A DNA stretch of 61,739 nucleotides, counting the filler, from Choristocarpus tenellus KU-1152 (Eukaryota > Protista > Phaeophyceae), in NCBI GenBank assembly GCA_964200185.2. It is 6 parts of 6 records of this genome, joined end to end, with 100 filler letters (N's around TTAATTAATTAA, not from the genome) between each part and the next. Parts side by side here need not be neighbours in the genome. Positions count along the whole stretch, not along the records: positions 1 to 18,247 come from CAXNAD020000574.1; positions 18,348 to 23,215 come from CAXNAD020012726.1; positions 23,316 to 35,986 come from CAXNAD020001744.1; 3 more parts are not named here. The stretch is one strand, 5' to 3'. The notes beneath the pieces are model-generated. The model had not been told where the DNA came from and made no database searches. It saw only the letters and a program-made list of their open reading frames with translations. The translations under genes were made by a program, and so were the position numbers. This document shows, piece after piece, positions 12,526 through 24,215 of this stretch. Position 1 is the stretch's first letter. Each line of letters opens with the position of its first letter.

Positions 12526-15500
12526 CATAGTATTTCCTTTCTTACACTACGCTTCTCCTACCTTCTTTCCTCTTTGTTCTCTCCAAAACATCTCCCAATA
12601 GACCGCATACGTCACCCAGTCAGACCTCATTGCCTCTGTATCTGGTGCCAACAGCACCATCAACAAGGGGACAAACGCAACTTTGAACCTCAGCAGCTCC
12701 AAAGACCCAGACAGGGTGAGGGACAGCATCGATCATACTCCAGAGTACGTAACATTTTGTTTCTTTATGTGGGCCATTAATATGAGCCCAGAGTCAGAAT
12801 GTGCTCTTGCTTACTACTCCTATTTTATAATATCAAGGCTATACTCTGTGCTGGGAGGGATATTGGAAATGCCTATGGTAAAAACCTTGGTCATAGCAGT
12901 CCCACATTTACTATATTTTCCAACTGTTTAAGAGAGACAGCTTTGAAGGGGCAATTTGCTTGAACCAGAACACGGCATTTTTTTTGCAGTAAGTTCAAGG
13001 CGGAGCTAGTGCAGTGTGTCCTGCACTGTATATATTTCAGAAAGACGAAGACTATGGAGCAGATGACGCACAGGAGGCTGGTTGTACTTGTTCCAATCCG
13101 AAGCACCACACTCTAACATTGGGAAAGGTATGGTACGGAAAACCAGCCTTAGTTTTGAGAAATGGTTATGGTTTGGTGCAAGGTGCATCCGGTACAATGT
13201 GGGAGGGTGATATGCACCTCCAACAAGAGGCATTGTTCAACCTGTTTGAAGTACTCTAGCAAGCATGATTTACGGACAGATGTACTTGGGCTTAGGCAAC
13301 ACGCATTTTAGACATTATGCACTGCAGGGGATTTCTAAGGGGGGTGGATCAGAATCCGATAAATGCAACAATACGTTCATGGGACAGCGATTAGTAGTTA
13401 TCAAGAGATGGCAATGGTACCAGTGGGTGTAGTGCCACAATTTATGAGGGGGTCTATAATATGCACTGCTTTTAAGCTTACTGCTTATTGCAAGAGTGTA
13501 TGGGTGTACACTGTTACCAGCATTGATATCGTTCAAAGTATCAAACTAGATTTCGGGGGGGTTCCGTAGGTCTACGGAAAGGTCTCCTGCTGCGTGGGGG
13601 GTGTACTGAACGAATTGTTTTCACACTTCGGAATACCAATCGAAACTTCTCAGCTATAGGTCATCTGGTCCTATTTCTGGTACTTTGGGGCTTAGGGTAG
13701 TCGTTCTTGATTCGAAGTTAGGAAAGCAGTGCTTACTTGGTACATAGTACAAATCAATACCCTGCTAAGTATTACTTTGTGCACCTGAAATATACAGCTG
13801 CACTTCATGTAGATTTGACAACACTGTACTCTAGAGTGCTTTGTTGGTGCTTTAACTAGTCTGAAGTCTATCTCTTCATTTAACCTCGGGCAATACCTGG
13901 CTTGAAACTATCCATATGGTGAGCTGCACAGATATGGCGGTTATTATAACCTCAGCATTTCAGTGTTATGTGGACAAAAATCAAATATATACTGCAGTAT
14001 GGTGAGTAGGAAAGGGTCAAAATTGCTACTCCTATCCCAGAGAAATTAATTACTGAAGGGGAGGTGGCTTCGAAACAAAAATGGAACATCAAGGTAGTAT
14101 GCATATCATGGTCAATACCTTCCTGATGGCATTGGTCCATCAATGCATGAAGCAGTTGTAGGGGCGCACTTCCCACGGAGTACTTGATTTGTTGTAGCTC
14201 ACTCACCACACGAAGACGGGGGAAGGGTAGTCCATACTTGAGACAGTAGTAGCAGTTGTATGAGGTCATTTCTATCTGTGAGGGTACCACTCCCATGCAG
14301 ATTGTAGCTGTGTAAATGCTTTATGGGAGGGGCAGGTTTTTCAAAGACCATGTGGAGTAGCCTTCCTCCTGATAAAATAAGACTTGCGGTTGCACCCGCC
14401 TGTGGGTTGATTCTGTGGTAACTGTGATAGGCACTATTGGTCTATGTTTGGAACATCCAGTCTCTTCACCAATGCAGAGAGCAGAGAATTTGATGGATTT
14501 ACTCAGCAGGTAATCCTTTCTACTTGTACACCCTTCTCCTTAAGAGTGGAAGATCATTTGAGGGGCACAGATACATAAAATATAATGCAAGCTGATACTG
14601 TAGGGAGAGGAAGAGTCTGCCAATCATTCGACGACTTATTGACTGGCAAGTGAGGGGTACAACTATTTTCTAGTGTTCTTCTTCTCTTTTGACAAATGCC
14701 TCAATTGATTTTCAAAAGTGGTGTCAAGGTTCCAATCTTTCTCTTTTACAAAGGTTCTGCGGAATGTAGACGTTGTGTTCGATGTTTCTGAGTCAAGAGA
14801 CCCAAAGTACCTGAGGGGGTGGGGGGGGTCTACACCAGAGTGTCTATTTGGACTGTAACCAGGAAAAGGGAATTTGCATTGTCCATCCGACATATGCAAC
14901 CAAATCACACAAAAATAGTGAGATGAAAAAATTGACCCCAAATGGACAGCCACCGCCCCCCCCCAGATACTTCGAGCCAGAGTTATCCTTGGTTGGAATC
15001 TCTTCTACCCCCAAGTACATCTGTATGAATGCTGGGCGATTGTGTAGGTGTGGGATTGACATGAAACAAGATAGTGCCAGGTGGCGCTGGTCAAATCAGG
15101 CCTCACGTTTTCAGTCAAGCAAGAGCCAAGGTTTGAACAGCATTGAGAGTATATCTTGACCTGTGACTGAGGGCACTGTTTGATCGTGTTGTAGCGATCA
15201 TGATTTGCTAATCATAATATGGTCATCCAAGAATACCATGTGAGTGAAAACTAGGATTACCTACATGCTACTAACATAGAGAGTAGAGTACCAACTATCA
15301 GTACAAAAATATTATGCAAAAAAAAATCTGTATATGGTTGTTCAAGGAAATACCTTCTAAGAATAGCTGGATTGCTCTCCACCAGACACAGGGTCTGGGA
15401 GAGGGAGACGCAAAACCCTCGCTGAGAAGGACCGCTATAATATCTCGTTTCATCTTACATTATCTCGTGTCACCTTGCTTCATGGTAGTGAAATCAAAAA

Positions 15501-18127
15501 CTCTGACAGGTACGTTTACAGAGAATTTTCCAAAGTCCAAATTGAGCACGCATTAATACTAAGTCTTAGCATCACTTCAAAACTCGGAACCTATCCAAAT
15601 GTGATCAGGAAGATGGATCATGCTTCGGATGCATCTTTAGCATCAACTGCATCGACTCTTCTGGCCTGGCTTGTGACCTTGATCTACCTGGCGAGGAGTT
15701 TCTAGATCCCTTAGTGGTTCTGACAACAGAAAGCTTGGATTTACATGAGACCCTCAATTTTGAGGTGAATGATGAAGACCACAGTGCTAATTTCAGATTC
15801 CTTATATCCCAACGAAGTTCCTAAGAAGCACACACTCCTGTGAAAAGTAACAACAGTTTTGAGGGTAAATGCATCCCACTCGCTCATCATGGCATTCAGG
15901 TCAACTTGTTGGTCAAATTTTTTGTTTTTCTGCAGTATCCCTCATGTCAGTCTTCTTAACATCACCAGTGCAGTATCCTCCTCTAGTGTCTCATCACTAG
16001 TTGCCTACAAAGACTCCCCTGCAATGTTCTTTTATTTTTCTTACACTGCTGGAACTTGAAGTTTGACACTGCCAATGTAGAACTTTCTCTGAAGCACAAT
16101 GGATGCATACATACTTCGAAAAATTCAGCAACACACTTCAAAGTTTTTTAAATCCTCTGGCCCTACTACAGTGGACACGATACTCACAGAATTCTTGACC
16201 AAGTGATTCGGCCAACTGTAGTGATTCTATCGCTATGATTCAAACAGAACACAATTATTTCATACCAAGAATTGAGTTTTTTTGTTTAATTGGTGTATGC
16301 ATGTTGAACACTCTGGTCCTGAACTCGGCCACCCTCAGTATTTTGCACTTGGTTTGATTACAACCAAGTGCATCGAACGTTTTCGATTTGCTTCGACCAA
16401 TGCTCATAAATGCTTCCGATTCACGACACTACAATCAAGATTATATGTACGTTCTAAGCAAAGTGAAAACACGTGAAACTGCATGGTCTCATCTCTTTCC
16501 GCCTGACATGCATGCTTCCCACCCCAGTCCACCAAGTATATGTGTCCACTTTTACCTTACCTTCACCAATTGAGTATATCTGTATCTTGAACCTCTGTTA
16601 ATTCAGATCAATGTCAGGAGGACTGATGGAGATGCGTGGTACTCAACAGCAGCATATCTCATTGTGGGAACCTCAGGCTCTACTAAGGTCTCCATAGAAC
16701 CCATCACCACAAAGGCAAGAGGCAATGGGGGTTCATTCACATATTGATTAGATTTCTTTTTCCTCTCTCAAGCTGGGCTCTGGAGAAGGACATGGCCCCC
16801 ATGGACTACACCTTTGGGCACAATTATTTATATCCTCCTTTTCATCTTCAGAACAAGAACGAATCGAATACTCTCACACACACACTGGGGTTGAAGTGGA
16901 ACGTATATACTCAACTCCTTACAAACACAATTTAGTAGACAAATCCTATGTGGACTAAAATGATATAGTAACTTGTGCTGTGTAACACTGGGGGCAACCC
17001 CTCCTGTACCAACCTCCGTTGACTGAAAAGGTGAATGCAAATGACGGTGTGGCAATCATAGGCTCTGTCTCATCCAATGTTGTGGCGAGTGCAAAGTGGA
17101 CGCTGACAGAGGGATCCTTGTTTGCTGATGACCTCAGTGATGTTGTCATGTCTGGTACTACGTATGAGGTGAGTTTGAATGGGTGGGTGAATAAAGTGTG
17201 GAAGAATTCTGACGATGTATGTGGGGCGCTGTGAAGGGGATATGGTGGAGACAGAAGAGATTGATGAAAATTTTCATTGCTTTGAAACTGACAACTATAC
17301 GCAACAATGTCAAGACCCCATTAGGCTACACGGTCAATAATTCTTGATATCCTTCTACATGTCCTCTTGAGCTTGTTCAGCACGGGATCATTTTAATGTG
17401 TAGTACTCGGGCCACCCTACAAGTTGAATATGGAATAGAGACCATCTTTGAGTGTTTAGGTCCTAAGCTTCTTTTATGTGCTCTGGATATCTCCTTAACA
17501 TCCATACTGACTGCGCTATTGGAACTATGAGAAATGGACAAGAAGACAAACATTGTCTCAGGCGAAGGAGAGATATTCGAACCACACTTTGAGCAAATAT
17601 TGCTCGAAGACTAAATGAAGCATGCACACACAGTCTACCGCATGAAACGTAGTTGTGTGGATCCCAAAAACAAGTCTTTCCTCCAATGGATCCTTCACAC
17701 GATGTAAGCTAAAGAAAATCCCAGGCAAATCATTAGTGCAGAGACGACCTCTCATAGGTCACAACCACTCGCTTTTGTGTTCTCTGCCTCCAGAAATTGT
17801 ATCATTGCAATGCTTGGTCGGGATCAGCAATGTGCTGCTGCATTTTTCACGTGCTCATGCCATGTCTGCACATACTGCTACACCCTCTATCTTTACAGGT
17901 TTCCAGCTCTGTGTACGTGCCCACCAATATTGTTCTCATGCAAAACGTTCTTAGCGCCGGTTCCACCTACACCTTTTCCCTCACGGCAACTTCTGTGACG
18001 AGTTCTTCCTCCGAGAATGAGTGGGGTTCAAGACGTCTGCAGGCAGATGGGGAGGTGTCAGCGGAGATTACTTTTGTAGTGAACAGTCCTCCTACTAGTG
18101 GCAAGTTCTTGGTGGACCCGATGGAAG
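7689..18127 (+). CDS. PKD/REJ-domain (polycystin-1-like) surface protein, partial. Exons 7689-7851, 8574-8776, 9310-9576, 9701-9904, 11939-12046, 12602-12715, 13041-13127 (less sure), 16607-16714, 17031-17168, 17899-18127
   Basis: Phase-compatible exons give KFAQFSDTGASIILEFDSPTD..., DASATTGSGGRDFTSISW..., DPRFFRLRSHALEVGEVYEFMVNVTD..., LNLSSSKDPD..., NVLSAGSTYTFSLTAT...VVNSPPTSGKFLVDPMEG, which are typical REJ-module motifs. The 5' start was not found and the 3' end is cut by the linker at 18248. Confidence 0.8.
10143..10401. mobile_element. MITE family B copy (reverse), intronic
   Basis: Termini GAGTGAAAGTATCTTAGAGGGTAC...TACCCTCTAAGATACTTTGGCTC. Confidence 0.85.
10927..11182. mobile_element. 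Related MITE with GAGCCAAAGTA-type TIR
   Basis: GAGCCAAAGTAAACAAGAGGTACCCAGG pairs with CCTGGGTACCTCTCGCTTACTTTGGC. A further right-end fragment lies at ~10858-10876. Confidence 0.55.
14799..14978. mobile_element. MITE family A copy, intronic
   Basis: Termini GACCCAAAGTACCTGAGGGGG...CCCCCAGATACTTCGAGCC, collinear with 1606-1779. Confidence 0.8.
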
Positions 18128-18247
18128 GTGATAGGTATTTGAAAGAGTCCACGGCACTAGTAGTAGGAGTGATAGGGGGGAGGTAACGGGGTGGGAGGCC
18201 TTCAAATGCACTCCCAGTAGGAAGTTCAATTTTGACTGGGAGAGGGG

Positions 18248-18347
18248 NNNNNNNNNNNNNNNNNNNNNNNNNNNNNNNNNNNNNNNNNNNNTTAATTAAT
18301 TAANNNNNNNNNNNNNNNNNNNNNNNNNNNNNNNNNNNNNNNNNNNN
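18248..18347. other. Artificial contig linker (44 N + TTAATTAATTAA + 44 N). Identical linkers at 23216-23315, 35987-36086, 40851-40950 and 58922-59021
   Basis: The same 100-nt construct occurs five times. The central 12-mer has stop codons in all six frames. Confidence 0.97.
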
Positions 18348-18423
18348 AAGTTACATCAAAATCGCAACATTGGATTTTGGCCCCCAAATGGACGTGACTC
18401 TACCCTCTAAGATACTTTGGCTC
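18348..18423. mobile_element. MITE family B end fragment at contig start
   Basis: Ends in TACCCTCTAAGATACTTTGGCTC directly after the linker. Confidence 0.75.
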
Positions 18424-20519
18424 GTAACTGTCCGATAGAGTTGGAAGAGTCTAATCGAACAAAACATTATTTAAATTGCCTACCAATAACACTACAATGG
18501 TGACTCTCCTGCTCAGGCAGAAAGAACCGATGTGCTACAGAGCTGCAGTACTTAGTACACCCAGTACCACTGATAAGGCACTCAATTTATACTTGTTTAC
18601 CTATTTTCAATCAATGTGGTGGCAGCTCTGAAACACAGATATCTACACTTTGGTAGGTGCTCGAGATAAGAGTGGAGATGTACCCTCTCTTTAGCATGCG
18701 TCTATGTGTATGTAGCAAGTGATAATACTTGGTCGGTGGTTCGTGTCCCGATGGAATCGGTGAATTTGACCAAAAGTCACACCAATATAGTGTGATATCG
18801 AACTAGTGTGACTTGAATTTGGTAATGATCTCTCCCACCAATATTATGTTAGGTGCGAATGATTGGGGTTGTGCCAACCCACACACTGTAACGCATGTCA
18901 AATTGACCTTGCATTGACTCGGACTTGGGCATGGTGGCACACAGCTCCCTCAAATAATTGTACCAATGGGCTTGTGTCTCTCCCCATGGATTATAACTTC
19001 CACTTCATTGACCAATTGCATATACAGTTCCTACTGCTCCTCCTATCTCTTCCATCATGTTTATCTCCTTCTGATAAATCCATCCCGTCATAATTGATTT
19101 TATGAAAACCAACTCCACGAAAAAAAGCTTGATCCCCCCCCTTTTCAATCGTTGAGATTTCTGGAACCAAAATACCCTACTACCTCGTACCTCTTTCCTT
19201 GGTTGAAATTAAATCATACATGTCTTCTCTGATATTTATCTCCTAGACACACAGAGAGGATATGTTACAGCACACTCCAGAGCTTACCTCCGCGGAATTG
19301 TATAACTCCAACCTGCAGGCCTATAGATGCCGCTGATGCTTGTAGAGGACTCCTGGGATACTCTGACGGTCAAAAGGCCCAACGAGGATGATGAATATCA
19401 GGTCAGCAGATAAGGGCACTCTTGTGAATCAATAAGCATGTGTATGAGAATTGGTATCAGTTAAGAGTGAGCCGTTTGGGGTCTGAGCCGTTTGGGGCCT
19501 CTTGTCATCGTTTACCACCGTTATATTATGGTTTCACAGTATTTGCAGGCGTTGAAATACATCTGAGAACCGTTGCGCATACGTTCCCGAGATACAGATC
19601 TTACTGTGCAACCTTATGCAAATCGGAGTTTCCCCTTTTGGGGTTCCACACGCACGTACACTACTCGCCCTGGTTAAAGCGCAGGAAGAAATACTTGCGC
19701 TATTCGCCTGTAACAGATACACTTAATCTCCTTTCATCGTGTCCTGAGATGTGGGTCTGCCTTATCCTTTTCTCACGAAGTTCTGGGTGATGATATTGTT
19801 AAGCTTTTCTCTTCCTCCAGACAACTGACTCCAGCATCTTGCTAATAAAGTACTTCATTGGATGGACACTACTTCCCTCCAAACCTCTTGGAGGAAATCT
19901 CAACATCGTTCCAAATATAGTAGTGCACTTGGGAGTAGTTGTGGGTAGTCCATCACATCAACGTTGGTACTACTTTCATTTCCACTGCCCCGTCTCCCAT
20001 CCCTTAGTCTTCTACCTTGTGCAACAGTTCTCTTTCTTGGTCCCTCTTCGAACCGTAAAGAACCGACTTTTTCTACTTTCCTTGCTATTCCTTTCATCAT
20101 CCGACTTGATGCTGGGATGGCTGATACGTATCTACACCTATGCAATGATTGTGGTATTGAACAGCTAGCTGACGTCCTTCCTTAGTTTGTATGGAACTAA
20201 AATTCCCCATTTTGTAATTCCGTAGGTGGGACACATTTGAATCAACCCCTGGTATTTCAAATGATGCAAGGTCATTGAGATAGAGGTCAGAATGGCAAAT
20301 GAGCTCCCTTGATCATTCGATGGCCATTCAGAACCCTTGGTATGGGTTGCATTCGAGATCATGGCTTCTGGGTGTCTCTCTCTTCGACCTTGTGAGACCA
20401 CCTTAATGAGTGCAGTTCACGTTCCTTGGTGTGCACAGAAACAACTACTACATATAGCCCTCTAAGTTCAAGAAAGCTCTTGGGTGCTTCATAAATAAGC
20501 TATAAATGAACGCTATAAA

Positions 20520-20950
20520 TATCTGACCGTCTGCTACCCAAGTCCCTCAGAAAAGGGTGTCGTGCATCCATATGCTTGGTCCTGCCTGGACTCAGGGACT
20601 TGTTAGTCAAATGAATGGTCGATGCATTGTCCTCATACATTCTCACTGTAGACACTACATCGCTTTCTACGTAAAGCAAAACGCAGGGCATCCTCTCTAC
20701 ACTGATTGTTCACAAGCATAAGTCTCCAAAACATGTTCGGAGTTAATCTCTCTGCTTGCATGCTTGATCCGACACAGTGTTCTGAGCAAAACAATAACAT
20801 TTCCCTACCACAGACCACACCCATTAACACAAACAAGCATACACATATCGTCCTGGCTATTAGCCTGAACAAACAGTTGCTAAATTTAGTTGCTAAATTT
20901 ACATCCAATATATCTCGTCCTAATCCTTGTGTCTTCTGCTAAGGCCAAGA
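20520..20950 (-). mobile_element. Degenerate Ty1/Copia RNase H remnant
   Basis: YEDNASTIHLTNKSLSPGRTKHMDARHPFLRDL matches the Copia YEDN..AI.LA.NP....RTKHIDIRYHFIRE motif. Upstream ANSQDD... resembles the start of RNase H. Many stops. Confidence 0.75.
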
Positions 20951-21333
20951 ACATTCTCGGTAACGTAGGTGAAGGGGTCAGGTTAAGGGCGTAATAAATA
21001 TCCAATTCGTAAAGAGTCAAAGTATCTTAGGGGGGGGCGCCGTCGTCCGTTTTTCACTCTTTTTCGCTTTTCACTTTTTTGGTATGTTTGGCCGCACGTG
21101 TCGGATTTGAAATGTCAGGAAAAAGAAGACTGTTGGTTAGGTTCATTTCTGTCCTTGCGTACGCAAGGACAACGGGAGTATATGCCACCATTTAATAATC
21201 GGGTTTTGATTGGGGGAGGAGTTTGGACGTTTGCATGTGTCGGATGTCGAGTTTGCTCAAATAGGTTTATTGGTTTATGTGTGTTGGTCGCGCAGTTATG
21301 ATGAAGAACAAGAGACATACTTGGGAGGCTGTT

Positions 21334-21592
21334 GAGCTAAAGTATCTTAGAGGGTAGAGTCACGTCCATTTGGGGGCCAAAATCCAATGTTGCGATTTTG
21401 ATGTAACTTTGGCCATCGTGTTTGTCAGGAAGTGTCAATATCCATGTTCTGGACGCACCTTTTCATAACATACACATTTTACCTACTCCGAAACATTTTG
21501 GAGTAGGAAAATATCATAAAATAAACAATGGGAAACCAAGCCCCAGATGGACAAACAGGGCAAAAGTCGTACCCTCTAAGATACTTTCACTC
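21334..21592. mobile_element. MITE family B copy
   Basis: Termini GAGCTAAAGTATCTTAGAGGGTA...TACCCTCTAAGATACTTTCACTC. Its right part is repeated identically at 21812-21927, after a 10-N gap. Confidence 0.85.
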
Positions 21593-21672
21593 TACGGTAA
21601 AATATTTCCGTTGTTATGGAGTGCTGCATCCCCCACCTATATATAATCAATCACTCTACAGACACCAAGCAA

Positions 21673-21801
21673 TTGTTGAAACACCAGTAAACCGGCTGAC
21701 TGTCTGCTCGGTAGCTCAGGGGTTTACTGGTGTTTCAACAAAAGTTACTCCCGGGGATCGCAAGTTGTTAGACTTGTTGAGGTTTCGCCCGAGGGTTGCT
21801 A
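21673..21801. repeat. Dispersed structured repeat (second copy at 61582-61739)
   Basis: Perfect 21-bp inverted repeat (21673-21693 and 21721-21741), followed by a tail GGGGATCGCAAGTTGTTAGACTTGTTGAGGTTTCGCCCGAGGGTTGCTA that is identical in both copies. Confidence 0.8.
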
Positions 21802-22162
21802 NNNNNNNNNNTTTTACCTACTCCGAAACATTTTGGAGTAGGAAAATATCATAAAATAAACAATGGGAAACCAAGCCCCAGATGGACAAACAGGGCAAAA
21901 GTCGTACCCTCTAAGATACTTTCACTCTGTTCCATTTTTTTTGTTTTGCATGACTGTGATTTGGTTAGCACCCAAAGAGGGTTGTCGGTTAGGGTGTGTT
22001 TTGCCATTGTTTATGAGGAATAGAAAAAAATGATATACTGTCTGCTGCGGGGTTGCTCTGTTCGTTTATTTGCTTGCATCGATTGTTTATGAAACGTACA
22101 CATAGAGGATTATCGGTTTGGGTCTGTTCTCTCGACGTGTGCACGAGGAACCAAAACATACG

Positions 22163-22420
22163 GAGCTAAAGTGACTTAGAGGGTAGAGCGGAGTCGAACT
22201 GGGGATCAAACACCAAAATTGTGATTTTGGTGTATATTTGGCTATCGTGTCTGTTAGCAAGTGTCAATATCGTTGTTCTGGACTCACCTTTTTCATAACG
22301 TATATATGTTCCTACTTAGAAACGTTTCAGAGTAGGTAAATGTCATAAAAAAGGCGTTGGAAGTCAAGCACTAAAGAGACAAGCAAGGCAAAATTCGTGC
22401 CCTTTAAGACACCTTCGCTC
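22163..22420. mobile_element. MITE family B copy (more diverged)
   Basis: Termini GAGCTAAAGTGACTTAGAGGGTA...TGCCCTTTAAGACACCTTCGCTC. Confidence 0.75.
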
Positions 22421-23193
22421 TGTTTGTTGCACAATTTAAATCTATCACTTATATTTGTTTGCGTGCATGTGTTGGATGTTGTATGCAGTAAGACGTGGTT
22501 GTTGTCGCTGAGGGTGTTAAGGTAGAAGTTGTTGGTATGAGGTACGGCAAAAGGTTTAGACGGAAGGGTTAGTGTGTACGAGTGGTTATTGGTCAAGTAA
22601 TATTGTTGTATGTTTCGAGGAAAGTAGTTCGAGGTACACTTCCACAGGTTCTGGGCTGGTGCTGTGCTTAGGGCATCGTGGGTGGACTTAGTTAGGCATA
22701 TGATCCCCTACGATTCGAATGACTACACTTGATCGAAACTAGTTCGTCGACAGTTGGGCAAAGCAAGAGGTGGTGCATACAGTATTGAAAATAATGGGGG
22801 GAGGTGTGTTATCGTGTACAAGGAATAAATAATGGCTCACAGAAGGACAGGATAGTCATCGCTGCCCTTGGCGAATCGTTTGGAAAGGTTAGCGCGCGGA
22901 TGGAGAAGAGTTGTTTGATCGATGTATTATATATTAGGGCTGTAACATTGCAGCAGATATGCTTTTTAAAACAAATGATAAGACAGGTCTGATCCTCAAC
23001 GTGAGTATGACATATGATACATTGACGACTCTGACCGGTAGCTATGTATGTTTTTTTCCACTATCTAAATGCATAACTGTGGGATGCAAAGTGCATGAAC
23101 ATGAGAGTCGGACACCATGGAAAGATGCACTCATGCATAAATCTGCGCAACCTGCAACTCTACCCGTACTTCAACAGAAAACCGGAACGACCG

Positions 23194-23374
23194 GGGTCAA
23201 AGTATCTTGGGGGGGNNNNNNNNNNNNNNNNNNNNNNNNNNNNNNNNNNNNNNNNNNNNTTAATTAATTAANNNNNNNNNNNNNNNNNNNNNNNNNNNNN
23301 NNNNNNNNNNNNNNNGACATGAAAAAATTGACCCCAAATGGACAGCCGCCACCCCCTCCCAGATACTTTGAGCC
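23194..23374. mobile_element. MITE family A ends on either side of a contig linker
   Basis: A left TIR (GGGTCAAAGTATCTTGGGGG) precedes the linker and a right end (...CCCAGATACTTTGAGCC) follows it. They may belong to two different copies. Confidence 0.7.
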
Positions 23375-24215
23375 ACCAAGCTTTCCATCAAAGCCATCAA
23401 AGCTGTGAGTGGAATCTGGGCGGATGTTGACTGCAATGATCATGGTTTGGGGGATACGACTCTTGTGCTGTACAGTAGGGGGGCCTGGAAGGTTGCTATC
23501 ATCCTCATACGGACATACCCTAACCCTTTCCCCATCAGCTATCACGTAAAACCAGGTTTCAGCCACTTGGGTCGTGTCCACCATGGAGGCGTACGCACCA
23601 CGTTTCTGGTCCCACTTGATCTGAAACAAAGTCCAATTCTCCATACCTTTTGCCACGATTTAAGCTTGGGTTTGATCCAGGGGCGATTCGGCATGGCCAC
23701 ATATCATCCAACCACCTGTTTATGGCGCTCGTGCTATAATTCAGCCCCTTGGTGCCCATCTTCATTGTCACCTGACGCACTGTGGATGACCGATTATCGG
23801 AGTTGATACTATGTATTGCGACCATCTTGGTCGGTGTGAGCTCCAAAGGCCGCCCGCTACGTGCTACCACCCCTAGGTCAAGTGTGTGGTCACGGGTGAG
23901 TTGATCGGCGACGTCCTCCCAGAGCCCTTGCATGTAACGCTCGGACACTCCAAACTCGGCTGAGAGGGCTGGCCCAACTTGTGACGGCAGTTTATGCTCA
24001 CCAGGGACCGTCGCAAGTGTGTGTTGCACTGCAAGCACAACCCTGGTATTCAGGGACACTTGGGCACCCTTCCTACGCGGGCGGTCGATGGGGGGGTTGC
24101 CATGCAGACGTTCTGACCCTCGACATGCCCAATTCTGCTTTGACGACTTGAAGCACCTCGAGTTTGAACCTGATGATACTCGACCCCCACCTTTTCTGAA
24201 AGCTGAGATAGTCAA
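23375..24215 (-). pseudogene. Mariner-like (DD39D, Soymar/Vulmar-type) transposase, frameshifted and truncated by a MITE
   Basis: The HTH region (EFGVSERYMQGLW...RSGRP...RSSTVRQV...STSAINRW) is followed in another frame by QVAETWFYV...HKSRIPQTMIIAVNIRP...FDGKLG, matching the DD39D signature HIDEKWFY...KSKRFIPKVMFLAAVARP...FDGKIG. The first catalytic D reads A. Confidence 0.8.

Noticed and set aside
13300-16300. Coding-like stretches in the long REJ intron
   Set aside because: Stops in all frames and no recognisable motif. Probably old TE debris, though a missed REJ exon cannot be excluded.
18292-18303. Recurrent TTAATTAATTAA palindrome as a biological motif
   Set aside because: It is always centred in N runs of equal length, so it is a synthetic spacer.
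19200-20400. Possible further retroelement ORF next to the Copia remnant
   Set aside because: No RT, integrase or gag motif could be recognised.
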